64,000 nucleotides of DNA from Solirubrobacterales bacterium (lineage in GTDB: Bacteria > Actinomycetota > Thermoleophilia > Solirubrobacterales > 70-9): NCBI GenBank assembly GCA_035700965.1, contig DASSOC010000001.1, positions 2,155-66,154 of the forward strand, given 5' to 3'. Shown here in pieces: positions 49,587-58,096 of the stretch (within the stretch, counting starts at the first letter, position 1; the number at the start of each line of letters is the position of its first letter). Below the pieces are notes generated by a model, which was not told where the DNA came from, did not search any database, and saw only the letters and a list, made by a program, of their open reading frames with translations. Position numbers and translations under genes: made by a program.

Positions 49587-50045
49587 TCAGAACCTCACCT
49601 CGGCACCCGGCGGGTCGTAGACGCTCGCCAGCCGCGCCAGGGTCAGCGCCGCCAGCATCAGCCCGAAGTCGCGCAGGGCGACGTCGTAGTAGCCGGAGTA
49701 GGTGAGCAGGTCGATGACGATCCCCGCCAGCCAGGCGGCGACGACGTAGGCGCCGTAGCGCGGCTTGAGGAAGACGAAGACGCCGGCGACGATCTCGATC
49801 GCGCCGACCAGGTGCATCGCGGTCGAGGCGCTGCCGGGGATGATGTCGTTGATCCAGGGCGCCAGGTACTGCTCCCAGTCGACCATGACGTTGAAGAACT
49901 TGTCGAGGCCGAAGAGGATCGGGGCGACGGTGAAGACGATGCGCATGATCACGAACGCCTGGTAGGCGGGGTCGCTCTTCAGGCGTTCGCCGAAGCTCGG
50001 CGCGAGCGTCGCCTCGCGTGGGTCGATGGTTGCAGCGGTGGACAT
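49587..50045 (-). CDS. DoxX-like membrane protein
   Basis: ATG at 50045 follows AAGGAGG. Four hydrophobic segments. Family assignment is tentative. Confidence 0.55.
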   Translation of the reverse strand: MSTAATIDPREATLAPSFGERLKSDPAYQAFVIMRIVFTVAPILFGLDKFFNVMVDWEQYLAPWINDIIPGSASTAMHLVGAIEIVAGVFVFLKPRYGAYVVAAWLAGIVIDLLTYSGYYDVALRDFGLMLAALTLARLASVYDPPGAEVRF

Positions 50046-50125
50046 CGGGACCTCCTTGTCGGGTCGGAAGTTGATCTGTGTCCCCTTTTGCGTCCCCGAC
50101 CGCCCGCTTCTTACCTCCGCCACCG

Positions 50126-50170
50126 TCGTCTGTTCCTTTTGCCCGCTATGCCGGCAAAAGGAACAGACGA
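50126..50170. repeat. Palindromic element copy C (intergenic)
   Basis: tcgtctgttccttttgcc-...-ggcaaaaggaacagacga, between the divergent DoxX-like and ECF sigma genes. Confidence 0.65.
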
Positions 50171-50212
50171 AGCGATGGGTAAGAACTCGGCGCGCGCTGT
50201 CGCTAACAATGC

Positions 50213-50878
50213 ATGGCGAGTGCCCTGATGACCGCCCCCCCGCCCACGCCCGCTGGACCGGACACCGCAGGCTCGCGCCCTTGGGTGGAAGATCTGCGCG
50301 CTGACGGTGCCCGCGGTGAGGCAGCCGTCGCCGAGCTGCACGCGCTGCTGCTGCGGGCGGCGCGCTTCGAGGTCGGCCGCCGCGCCGCCGAGCTCTCGCA
50401 CCTGCGCGGCGGCGACGGCGAGGACCTCGCCCAGCAGGCCGCCGACGACGCGCTGATAGCGGTGCTCGGCAAGCTCGACCAGTTCCGCGGCGAAAGCCGC
50501 TTCACCACCTGGGCCTACAAGTTCGCCCTGCTCGAGGCGGCGGTGAAGGTGCGCCGCCGCGCCTGGCAGGGGCGCGAGGTCCCGCTCGAGGACGAGGCCT
50601 GGAGGGCGCTCGCCGACGCGGGCGCCTCCGCCGGCCGCGGTGCCGAGGACGCCGAGCTGTTCGCCGCCCTGCGCGAGGAGATCGAGCGCCTCGGCCCGCG
50701 CCGCCGCGAGGTCCTCGTCGCGGTCGCCCTCAACGGCGTGCCGATCGACGTCCTCGCCGAGCGCCTCGGCTCGAACCGCGGCGCCCTCTACAAGAACCTG
50801 CACGACGCCCGCCGGGCGCTGCGCCAGGCGCTCGCCAGGCGCGGTTTCCGGGTAGGAGCGGGAGAGGAGGAGATATGA
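50213..50878 (+). CDS. ECF-type RNA polymerase sigma factor
   Basis: Region 2: DLAQQAADDALIAVLGKLDQFRGESRFTTWAYKFAL. Region 4: RREVLVAVALNGVPIDVLAERLGSNRGALYKNLHDARRAL. Confidence 0.8.
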   Translation: MASALMTAPPPTPAGPDTAGSRPWVEDLRADGARGEAAVAELHALLLRAARFEVGRRAAELSHLRGGDGEDLAQQAADDALIAVLGKLDQFRGESRFTTWAYKFALLEAAVKVRRRAWQGREVPLEDEAWRALADAGASAGRGAEDAELFAALREEIERLGPRRREVLVAVALNGVPIDVLAERLGSNRGALYKNLHDARRALRQALARRGFRVGAGEEEI

Positions 50879-51105
50879 GCCGCGACAGCAAACCAGAGCT
50901 CTTGAGCAGGGTGCTCGGACCCGACACCCCGGAGCTGACCTGCGAGCAGTGCTTCGAGGAGCTCGACCGCTACGTCGAGCTCGAGCTCGCCGGCGAGGCC
51001 GCCGACGAGCGGGTTCCCGGCATGCGCGCCCACCTCGACGGCTGCCCGGCCTGCGCTGAGGACTTCCACAGCCTCCGCAGCCTCGTCAGGCGCGAGGGGG
51101 ATTGA
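50875..51105 (+). CDS. Putative zinc-finger anti-sigma factor
   Basis: ATGA overlap with the sigma gene. C..C...H...C..C pattern: CEQCFEELDRY...HLDGCPAC. Confidence 0.6.
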   Translation: MSRDSKPELLSRVLGPDTPELTCEQCFEELDRYVELELAGEAADERVPGMRAHLDGCPACAEDFHSLRSLVRREGD

Positions 51106-51135
51106 CTCGCGGGTACGACGCTTTAAGGTCAAGGT

Positions 51136-51810
51136 ATGGGCGATCAGGGGATAGCAGCGTGGAAGCTCCCGCTGATCGTGGCGACGATCGCGATCGCGAT
51201 CGTCGCCGCCTTCTACGTCGGCGGGCCCGGGTTGGGGATGGCCGAGGGCTCGCTCGTCGCCGGCATCATCGTCGTGATGGCGGTCCGCAACCCGCCGCTG
51301 GCGCCGATCGTGCCGGCCGCGGCCGACGACGAACGCGAGCACCTGCTCGTCGTCGTCGCCGAGCCGCTCGAGGACGGGACGGCAATCGAGCGGATCGCGG
51401 CGGCGGCGCTCCCGCTCGACCCGGCTGAACACGACCCCGAGGTGCGCGTCGTCGCGCCCGCCTGCAACCGCTTCCTCGACCGCTGGGCCTCGGACACCGG
51501 CCCCGGCCGCGAACGCGCCCAGCGCAACCTCGTCCTCAGCCTCGCCGCCCTCGCCGGCGCCGGCGTCGACGCCACCGCCAGGATCGGCGACGAGGACCTG
51601 GTTCAGACCGTCACCGACGAACTCCGCGAGTACCCGGCAACCGAGGTCTTCCTCGTCACCGGCGCCAACGGCCCCGCGGCGGCCGCCGTCGAGCAGTTCC
51701 GCTCCCGTCTCCGGGCTCCGTTCCATCAGCTGAGGGGGGCCAGATGTCCAGGAACAGGCCCAGCCAGTCGGGCTCGATCTCCAATGACCAATCGCAGCGC
51801 TCGGGGTTGA
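51136..51810 (+). CDS. Membrane protein of unknown function
   Basis: Two N-terminal TM segments. The 3' end overlaps the convergent gene by ~155 nt, so the true stop region is doubtful. Confidence 0.45.
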   Translation: MGDQGIAAWKLPLIVATIAIAIVAAFYVGGPGLGMAEGSLVAGIIVVMAVRNPPLAPIVPAAADDEREHLLVVVAEPLEDGTAIERIAAAALPLDPAEHDPEVRVVAPACNRFLDRWASDTGPGRERAQRNLVLSLAALAGAGVDATARIGDEDLVQTVTDELREYPATEVFLVTGANGPAAAAVEQFRSRLRAPFHQLRGARCPGTGPASRARSPMTNRSARG

Positions 51811-52039
51811 GTCGCAGGATCTCGCAGCGGGCCAGCGTCTTCAGGTGGTAATCCACCTTGGCCAGCGGCTGCTCCAGCACCGCCGCCAGCTCTTGGGCTG
51901 AAGCCGTTCCCGCGCTCTCGACGAAGGCGCGCAGGATCCGCCGCCGGGTCGGATTGCTCACAGCGTCGATCAGCTCGGAACTTGAGGGGACCATGTCGGT
52001 ACCGGGCGGAGCGTTGGAAGGTGTCCCGCCGCTCAACAT
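51656..52039 (-). CDS. ArsR-family winged-helix regulator (short form)
   Basis: VSNPTRRRILRAFVESAGTASAQELAAVLEQPLAKVDYHLKTLARCEIL. Confidence 0.6.
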   Translation of the reverse strand: MLSGGTPSNAPPGTDMVPSSSELIDAVSNPTRRRILRAFVESAGTASAQELAAVLEQPLAKVDYHLKTLARCEILRLNPERCDWSLEIEPDWLGLFLDIWPPSADGTEPGDGSGTARRRPPRGRWRR

Positions 52040-52096
52040 GTTAGGTCATAAATGCTCTAACACTCGGGTTTGTAAAACGACAGGCTGCGGGAGGCC

Positions 52097-52357
52097 GTGC
52101 CTCCAGCCCGTCGCCTCAAACCTCGCTCACCGGAGCACGCCGCCCTCGGCGAGGCCGTCCGCACCCTCCGCAGCGAGGCCGGGATGACGCAGGAAGACCT
52201 CGCCGACGCGGCCGATACCGACCTCACCCAGGTCGGCGGCATCGAGCGCGGGGTGCGGAACCCCAGCTACACGACGCTGCTGCGGCTGGCCGCGGCTCTC
52301 GACACCAAGGTCGGCCGGCTGGCGACGCTGGCGGACGACCTTCGCGCTCGCCCCTGA
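52097..52357 (+). CDS. XRE-family HTH regulator
   Basis: LGEAVRTLRSEAGMTQEDLADAADTDLTQVGGIERGVRNPSYTTLLRLAAAL. Confidence 0.7.
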   Translation: MPPARRLKPRSPEHAALGEAVRTLRSEAGMTQEDLADAADTDLTQVGGIERGVRNPSYTTLLRLAAALDTKVGRLATLADDLRARP

Positions 52358-52730
52358 GCGGGAGCCGGCCTCGGAAACGGCAGGGCCTGCCTTCGGAGGA
52401 GTTGCCACGCAGGGAGCGCTTCGATCGCGGCGGACACGTTCGGGATGTTTTCCGCCCGGGCGGAACCGCCGTGGCCCAGCACAGCGGTTCCGCCCTAGTG
52501 CCCCGTCGCTAGCCGTTCTTGGTGATGGTCAGCGGCAGCATCTGCGAGTGCGCGAGCCTCATGCGGAACTCACCTCCCTCCCTCTTGTGGTGGCGAGCGG
52601 AAGGACCGGTGTATTGCTAAAAATGCCGTCAGTGGTGGGAGGATTGCCTGCATTCCCAGCGAGAACGTCCGCGTTTGCTCCCTAAGATTCCAGTGCCGTC
52701 AACGGCTTTGATCGAAGGAGAGGGAGAGCG

Positions 52731-53333
52731 GTGAGCAACCCGTGGTACTCGGATTACATCGATGACCAGCTCGCGAAAGCGATCGCCCACCCGATCCGGG
52801 CGCAGATCCTGGCCGAGGCCAACGAACGGGTGATGAGCCCAGCGCAGTTCGCCCGGCGCCACGATCTCGACGTCTCCAAGGTCGCCTACCACTTCCGCGA
52901 GCTGGCCGATCGCTACGAGTGCCTCGAACTCGTCGGCGAAGCCCCGGTCCGCGGCTCCACCGAGCACTTCTATAAAGCGACCCGCCGCGCCCTCTTCGAC
53001 GGCAAATCATGGGACAACTTGCCGGAGACGATCAAGAACAAAATCAGCGGCGAGACCGTCACCAACCTCCTCGACGCAATCTCCGAAGCGATGCTCGAGG
53101 AAACCTTCGACGAGCGCAACGACCGCTCCCTCGTATGGGACAAGATCCTCCTCGACGAGCAGGGCTGGGACGAGATCTCCTCCATCTTCCGCGAGTGCAT
53201 CTACCGCACCCTCAAAGCAGCCACCGACTCCAACGCCCGCGTAACCGAGTCCGAAGAAGAGGGCATCCTCGCCTCCTGGGCCTTCCTCTTCTTCAAATCC
53301 CCCTTCAAGGAACCGGATGACCCGGAGGAGTGA
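52731..53333 (+). CDS. ArsR-like winged-helix regulator with C-terminal extension (paralog 3)
   Basis: IAHPIRAQILAEANERVMSPAQFARRHDLDVSKVAYHFRELA plus VRGSTEHFYKA. Confidence 0.7.
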   Translation: MSNPWYSDYIDDQLAKAIAHPIRAQILAEANERVMSPAQFARRHDLDVSKVAYHFRELADRYECLELVGEAPVRGSTEHFYKATRRALFDGKSWDNLPETIKNKISGETVTNLLDAISEAMLEETFDERNDRSLVWDKILLDEQGWDEISSIFRECIYRTLKAATDSNARVTESEEEGILASWAFLFFKSPFKEPDDPEE

Positions 53334-53519
53334 GACACCTGGGGGCCCAGCCAGGCGCTCAACGAAACGGATGAACTGGAGCCGATCCCCATCGGAGCAC
53401 CGATCGGCCTCGCCATCCAGCCACCAACCTCGCGTTGGGCAATACCGCAGCAGGCGGGAGCCGTCTCTGCTCCAAGTCCGAGTCGACGTCGGGCCAATGG
53501 GCTACGTCTTGCAGAAGGT

Positions 53520-54023
53520 TCAGGCGGCAGGAGCAGAACGGAGCAGCTCCGAGTAGCTCACGTGCAGGAGATCCTCATTGCGGATCCCGAAGGACCGCCT
53601 CAGATAGTCCAGCACCTCCGCGAATTTGCTCGGGTCACCACTGCCGGCGGCCACGCCCTCGAACTCGATGAAGTCGCCTAGACCCTCGACATGGTCAAGG
53701 TGGATCCTCACGCCTTCGAAAAGGAATAGCCGGCGGGCTTTGCTCACCACGATCGCGATGCCCAGGACGGCGGCCAATGCATCCTGTATCTCGGCGGGCT
53801 CGAGCACCTCGATCAGCCGATACCGGCTTTCCTTGTGACCGGAAAGCTCCGCGCGCTCGTAGGCGATCAAGCAGGCGACCGCACCGGGTTCCTCGCGGAG
53901 CTTCAGCCGTCCCCGGGGAACCTCGAAGTAGGTGTCCCGCTGGTTCAGCGTTCCCTTGCTCTCCGCGCCGAGCTCTCGGCAGACCTGAACCGAGTTCTCA
54001 GGATCCGGATCTCGCGCCTTCAA
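53520..54023 (-). CDS. CYTH-domain protein / class IV adenylate cyclase-like (CyaB-like)
   Basis: QRDTYFEVPRGRLKLRE...FIEFEGV. The ORF-track start is TTG, but conserved-looking NLELKAR extends upstream of it to CTG at 54041, with an in-frame TAG at 54060..54062. Confidence 0.65.
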   Translation of the reverse strand: MKARDPDPENSVQVCRELGAESKGTLNQRDTYFEVPRGRLKLREEPGAVACLIAYERAELSGHKESRYRLIEVLEPAEIQDALAAVLGIAIVVSKARRLFLFEGVRIHLDHVEGLGDFIEFEGVAAGSGDPSKFAEVLDYLRRSFGIRNEDLLHVSYSELLRSAPAA

Positions 54024-54070
54024 CTCCAGATTTTTTCGCAGGCCTCCGATAGCGCCACCCTATCCGCGAA

Positions 54071-54122
54071 GAATGAGCCCGACGGGAGCCGAACCCGCGA
54101 CCTTCGGCTTGAAAGGACGACG
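54071..54122 (-). repeat. att repeat: partial copy of the tRNA(UUC) 3' half
   Basis: gaatgAgcccgacgggagCcgaacccgcgaccttcggcttgaaagGAcgacg compared with 58094..58145. Confidence 0.75.
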
Positions 54123-54209
54123 GACGGTGGCTTGGTAGAGCGGCTTAGGGGCTGCGGTGTGACAAAGATGAGACCTTGCCGATGCGCCTGAGCGGCTGGA
54201 GGTCAGCCG

Positions 54210-54785
54210 CTATGCCGCTTGGGAGCCAAAACTGACCTCGACGGGGACATCGACAATCGGCGTGAGAAGCGGGTGAACTATGGGGTCTGCAAGCCGTTTC
54301 ATTCCGCTTTTCTGGGCACCATCCAGCCAGCCTCGAATGTCAAGAAGCGAATACGGCCTGAACTTGAGGCTCGAATCGACTTCGCGCAAAAGTGAGATGT
54401 GGTGGCTGCCTTGGGCGCCCTCGCCGACCGCCACAAAGAGGATCGGCGTGCCCAACTTCGGACTGACGACGGAAATGACCCGAAACGGCTCTCTTTCGTA
54501 GTCCAGTGCCTCATGTCGGAAAAGTCCCGCGACCGCCAGTTGTCCGTGAGACCGATCCGAGTGAACCCAGGCATACCGGCCCTCGCGGCCCAACTCGTGA
54601 TGGCTGGCCGGAGGGTCGACGTGCAGGCCCTTCTTCGAAAGCACGGCGGCATGAATGGTCGCCTCACGTCTTGCGGTCGGATAGTGATCCGTCACTAAAG
54701 CCTCTACACACCCACCGCCGACGGTCCCGACGACGAAGTCGTTAGTTGCTCGACAAGAGAGCAGCTCGTAGAGGCGATGCGTCAC
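54210..54785 (-). CDS. Hypothetical protein, no recognisable motif (cassette gene B)
   Basis: 191-aa intact ORF in a lower-GC segment. Overlaps the 3' end of gene A by 44 nt if ATG 54785 is used. Confidence 0.5.
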   Translation of the reverse strand: MTHRLYELLSCRATNDFVVGTVGGGCVEALVTDHYPTARREATIHAAVLSKKGLHVDPPASHHELGREGRYAWVHSDRSHGQLAVAGLFRHEALDYEREPFRVISVVSPKLGTPILFVAVGEGAQGSHHISLLREVDSSLKFRPYSLLDIRGWLDGAQKSGMKRLADPIVHPLLTPIVDVPVEVSFGSQAA

Positions 54786-55914
54786 CCGCAGAAGCTTGGC
54801 CAGCGGACCGGACGGAACCTACGGGAGAGACACCGTCTTTAGCGGGTAGCGGGGGGCCACAAAGCTCGTGAAATCGAGATAACAAGAGCCGCATCTGCTG
54901 AGCGCGCCGCGTCGGCTCGTCCCATCTCCTGCCTTCGCCCGATGGCCATGACCCCGGAAGGCGCAAGAGGTCTTCTTCGAGGAGAGGTCGGCTGAATCGC
55001 GTACTCACGATCGTTGCCTTCTTATTGATCAGCCTCTCATTCAGAATTAACGCTAAGCGCGAAAGATCTACATCGGTCATCCCTGGCCGATAGCTCTCCG
55101 CATCGAGCACCCGGCCTTGTCCCAATATTGCGTCGGTGGGTTGATCCGCGGTGGTTTCAGGGGTGGCGACCTCAGGGAACCGAGCCGGTGCCGCAGCCTC
55201 GTCCAACCCATCGACCACCAACAAATCTATGGTGCTCAGTCGACCGAAGATCTCGTCATCAAGAGCGGCCGCCGAGTCCGCCGCCAACCGTCTTAGCCGG
55301 CCGATCAGCTCATCCCCTGGATAGAGCAACACCGGAATCGCACGCCGCAGTGCCTCTCCCGCTAAGAACGCGCACGGGGCTGAAACCTCGGTGCTCTCGC
55401 CGACGAACCAGAGGCCGTGACCTTTACGAACGCTGGATGCCAGATCTGCGTTGAAGCCACGAAGGGCTGACCGGATCTCTAGAGCCAGATTTGAAAGAGG
55501 GGGGGCATCTAACCCGAGGGCTAGATGCCGTCGAAGGACTCGCTTGCTCTGGCGTCGCGCCTCCCGATCGCGCGGAAGCCGCTGGCACTCACAAGGGCTT
55601 GCGAGATCATCCTCATTGAGGTGCCAGCCCGATCCGTCGCACCTGCCAAAGGCGCAGCGCCGCTCCGGTCGCTCGCTCGTGCCGGTGGCGCCTGGCGCAC
55701 GACCAGGCCTTTCCTCCTGCGGACCTGGGATGTAGCGAATGGCTTCGGTGCCAGGTGGTAAAGGACGGTCGATCCTCCTCTCGAGATCGCGAATTTCTTG
55801 CTGGAGTGCAATTAGCTCATCGCGATCAACAACAGGCTGGACCTTCATTTGCCTTGCATGCTCCAGAAGCTCTGCGTGCTGCGCGCGCCAGTCCCTACGC
55901 CTTGCCTTCTCCAT
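54742..55914 (-). CDS. DnaC/DnaI-like AAA+ protein with degenerate catalytic motifs and N-terminal Cys cluster (cassette gene A)
   Basis: CAFGRCDGSGWHLNEDDLASPCEC. The Walker A position reads GLWFVGESTEVS (no GK[T/S]), the Walker B position LLVVDGLD, the sensor position TIVSTRFS. ORF-track start is 56019; ATG 55914 is preferred. Confidence 0.5.
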   Translation of the reverse strand: MEKARRRDWRAQHAELLEHARQMKVQPVVDRDELIALQQEIRDLERRIDRPLPPGTEAIRYIPGPQEERPGRAPGATGTSERPERRCAFGRCDGSGWHLNEDDLASPCECQRLPRDREARRQSKRVLRRHLALGLDAPPLSNLALEIRSALRGFNADLASSVRKGHGLWFVGESTEVSAPCAFLAGEALRRAIPVLLYPGDELIGRLRRLAADSAAALDDEIFGRLSTIDLLVVDGLDEAAAPARFPEVATPETTADQPTDAILGQGRVLDAESYRPGMTDVDLSRLALILNERLINKKATIVSTRFSRPLLEEDLLRLPGSWPSGEGRRWDEPTRRAQQMRLLLSRFHELCGPPLPAKDGVSPVGSVRSAGQASAGDASPLRAALLSSN

Positions 55915-56025
55915 CCCTGGAGTCCTAGAGGCTGTAGCGGTCGGAAAGTCGGGATCAGTCCAACGGGGACGGAGGTGAGAGGCACGCAGCCGGTACATGC
56001 CGGGCCAGCAAACCAGCATTTCGCA

Positions 56026-56766
56026 TTATCGACATACACTTAACTTCGTTGATGGCGCTCGATCCTTCTCTATTGAACGAGCTTGGAGGGTCTCGCCGTC
56101 GAAGTCTTCGGGGCGAAGAGGCAGCACCTCCCCCAGCCTCAGCCCACAGTCGGTGAAGACTCGGACCATCGCCTCGTAACGACCCGCCGCTTTGGCGAAG
56201 CGGTGCATTTCCTCAAAGGTGAAGACGCGGATAGGGCGGGGCTTCTTCTTCGCCCTCGGATCGTTGGCGCGGATGCGGATGCCCTTGAATGGATTGAGGT
56301 CGCAGACTTCATCGGTGATCGCGTCCTCGGCCATCGCGGACAGCGCACGGAGGATGCCGACAGCTCCGGTGGTCGCTCGACCTTCGGTCCTCAGCATGTG
56401 GTCGACCAAGGCGAGCGTGTGACGGCGGCGCAGCTCGCGGAGCGGCCAGTCCTTCAAGGGGATGCCCTCGATCTCCACGTCAGCAACCCGGCTGATGCGG
56501 TGGTCGTTCGTTGCGTTGGTGCGTTCTGAGCGTGGATGGCGCTCGGTCCAGGTGGCGGAGTAGTCGCCGAGGGTGTCCGGCCGATCCGAGAGACCGTACG
56601 CCTCGTCGATGGCTTTCTGCGCATCGGCCTTTCGCCTGAAGGTGCCTTTGCCGCGGTTCCAGGTCGGCTTCGCGATATGGCGCTTGCCGTCCCTCCCCGT
56701 GTAGCGGGCCATCCACCCGATCTCCCCAGAGGGGTTGCGGCGTTTGATCGGCTTCTCGCGCCTCAT
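56026..56766 (-). pseudogene. Tyrosine integrase, 3'-truncated
   Basis: The N-terminal and core-binding domains are present, and the catalytic domain starts (DCGLRLGEVLPLRPEDFDGETL). The ORF stops ~25 aa later, before the K, HxxR and Y motifs. Confidence 0.6.
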
Positions 56767-56957
56767 GCTGCCTCGTCCCGATGCCGAGCGAGGAAGTCCT
56801 CGACGTCGGTGGGGTCGATTCGCCGCGCCGCTCCGAACTTGTAGCTGGGCAGCTTCCCGCTCTTGATCCAGTTGCGGACGGTGCGGTCAGAGACGGCTAG
56901 GAAGTCGGCGAGGGTGCGCTCGGTGAAGAAGCTGGGCTTGCTCGCTTTCCTCTCCAT
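56763..56957 (-). CDS. Excisionase-family HTH protein
   Basis: FFTERTLADFLAVSDRTVRNWIKSGKLPSYKFGAARRIDPTDVEDFL. ATGA overlap with int. The upstream part of the ORF-track ORF looks non-coding. Confidence 0.55.
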   Translation of the reverse strand: MERKASKPSFFTERTLADFLAVSDRTVRNWIKSGKLPSYKFGAARRIDPTDVEDFLARHRDEAA

Positions 56958-57335
56958 GCCCCCTATGTCCAGAGCCAGCGGCGGTTGCATCGGCTTCATC
57001 CCGATGCCGTCCAGACGGCCGAAGGCCAGACCCCTCCCTGCCCTCCTTAAGGGCAGCCTCAGCACGGCGAAGCCGTGCCAAAATTGGCTGCCCGGAGGGA
57101 CGGGAGGAGCGGCCCGAAAAGTCCGAATCCGGAGGGTTCGTAGTGTGTCGGGACGTGGGGCTGGTGCTTCTGAGGCGGCTTCTGGTTCTGCCTCAGGGCC
57201 GGGGCTCTCCCCTCGCTGGGTGCTTCTAGGTGCCCCTCCCTTCGCTTCACGTGCATGGGTTCCATCTGCCTTGTTGCTTGGGGTGCGGGCTGCCTTGGTC
57301 ATCGCTCGGACTTCGAATTGGCCTTTCCGCTCTGT

Positions 57336-57647
57336 TCAGTCTTCGCCGAGCTCGTGGAAGTTGACCGCCGCCCGGGTCGGCAGGACGAGATCGCCGACCC
57401 GATGAATCAAGCCACCGGCGATCAGGTCGCGCACGGCTCGCTGGATGCGATCGCGCTCCTGGAACTCCACCGAGTCGACCGTCAACTCACGGACCAGCTC
57501 GTCGAGAGTCAGCGTCTCCGGGTAAAGATCCAGGACTTCTCGTAGGACCCGCGCCCGGTCCTTGATGTCCTCGGCCGCAGTCGTGGCGCGCCCATCAATG
57601 GCGCCTCTAGGCTTGTCGTGCATGGGAGCGAATACCTCCTGTGCCAT
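57336..57647 (-). CDS. Hypothetical winged-helix-like protein
   Basis: 103-aa ORF; TLDELVRELTVDSVEFQERDRIQRAVRDLIAGGLIHRVGD. Confidence 0.5.
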   Translation of the reverse strand: MAQEVFAPMHDKPRGAIDGRATTAAEDIKDRARVLREVLDLYPETLTLDELVRELTVDSVEFQERDRIQRAVRDLIAGGLIHRVGDLVLPTRAAVNFHELGED

Positions 57648-57684
57648 GCCCCCGGCTGTTCCACCAGCGCGGGGGCGCTTTTTA

Positions 57685-57727
57685 TCTAGAAACTCAGGCT
57701 AGCACATGCTGTCTAGAAAATCTAGAC
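57685..57727. promoter_or_regulatory. Operator-like TCTAGA palindromes in an AT-rich gap
   Basis: TCTAGA at 57685..57690 and the perfect palindrome GTCTAGA-AAA-TCTAGAC at 57711..57727, between two islet HTH genes. Confidence 0.45.
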
Positions 57728-57734
57728 AGTTGGC

Positions 57735-57932
57735 CTATTCGCCTTTGATGATCTGCGCAATGCGGGAGCGGTGAAGACCGACCTCCTCGCCGATCTCGCG
57801 CAGGGACAGCCCTTTTTTCTGAGCCTGGGCGAAAGCCTTGCGCCGAGCCTTATGGGCTGCGTCTGACTCGCGCTCGAACTGCTTCTGAGCGGCGCGCACT
57901 GCCTTGCGAGCTTCGGCCTTCTCCTGCGGCAT
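57735..57932 (-). CDS. Small HTH protein (65 aa)
   Basis: ATG at 57932; KKGLSLREIGEEVGLHRSRIAQIIKGE. The longer ORF-track version runs into the tRNA. Confidence 0.5.
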   Translation of the reverse strand: MPQEKAEARKAVRAAQKQFERESDAAHKARRKAFAQAQKKGLSLREIGEEVGLHRSRIAQIIKGE

Positions 57933-58096
57933 CGCGAAGACCCTATTGCCCACCGCAAAATGTGACCAGGATGTGACACAGACGCGCCGGAACGTCGCGG
58001 AATCGCCCGGACGGCAGCGGCACAGCGATCCGGCATCAGACCGAGGACTTGGCTCTGCACCGCGCAAAACGCGGCACGGCTCGGAACACCAAGGAA

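Noticed and set aside
51656-51810. ~155-nt convergent overlap between 51136..51810 (+) and 51656..52039 (-).
   Set aside because: Probably an artefact of late stop codons in high-GC sequence. The C-terminal tails of both ORFs are Arg/Pro/Gly-rich. It is not evidence of a functional antisense arrangement.
54123-54150. GGCTTGGTAGAGC on the plus strand next to the att repeat resembles a tRNA D-arm in the opposite orientation.
   Set aside because: I could not fold any complete or partial cloverleaf around it. A 12-nt resemblance alone is too weak, though it might be a rearrangement scar.
57669-57683. Short hairpin AGCGC-GGG-GCGCT followed by TTTTT on the plus strand, which looks like a terminator.
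   Set aside because: The stem is only 5 bp and no plus-strand gene ends nearby. More likely it is part of the AT-rich promoter/operator gap of the islet.
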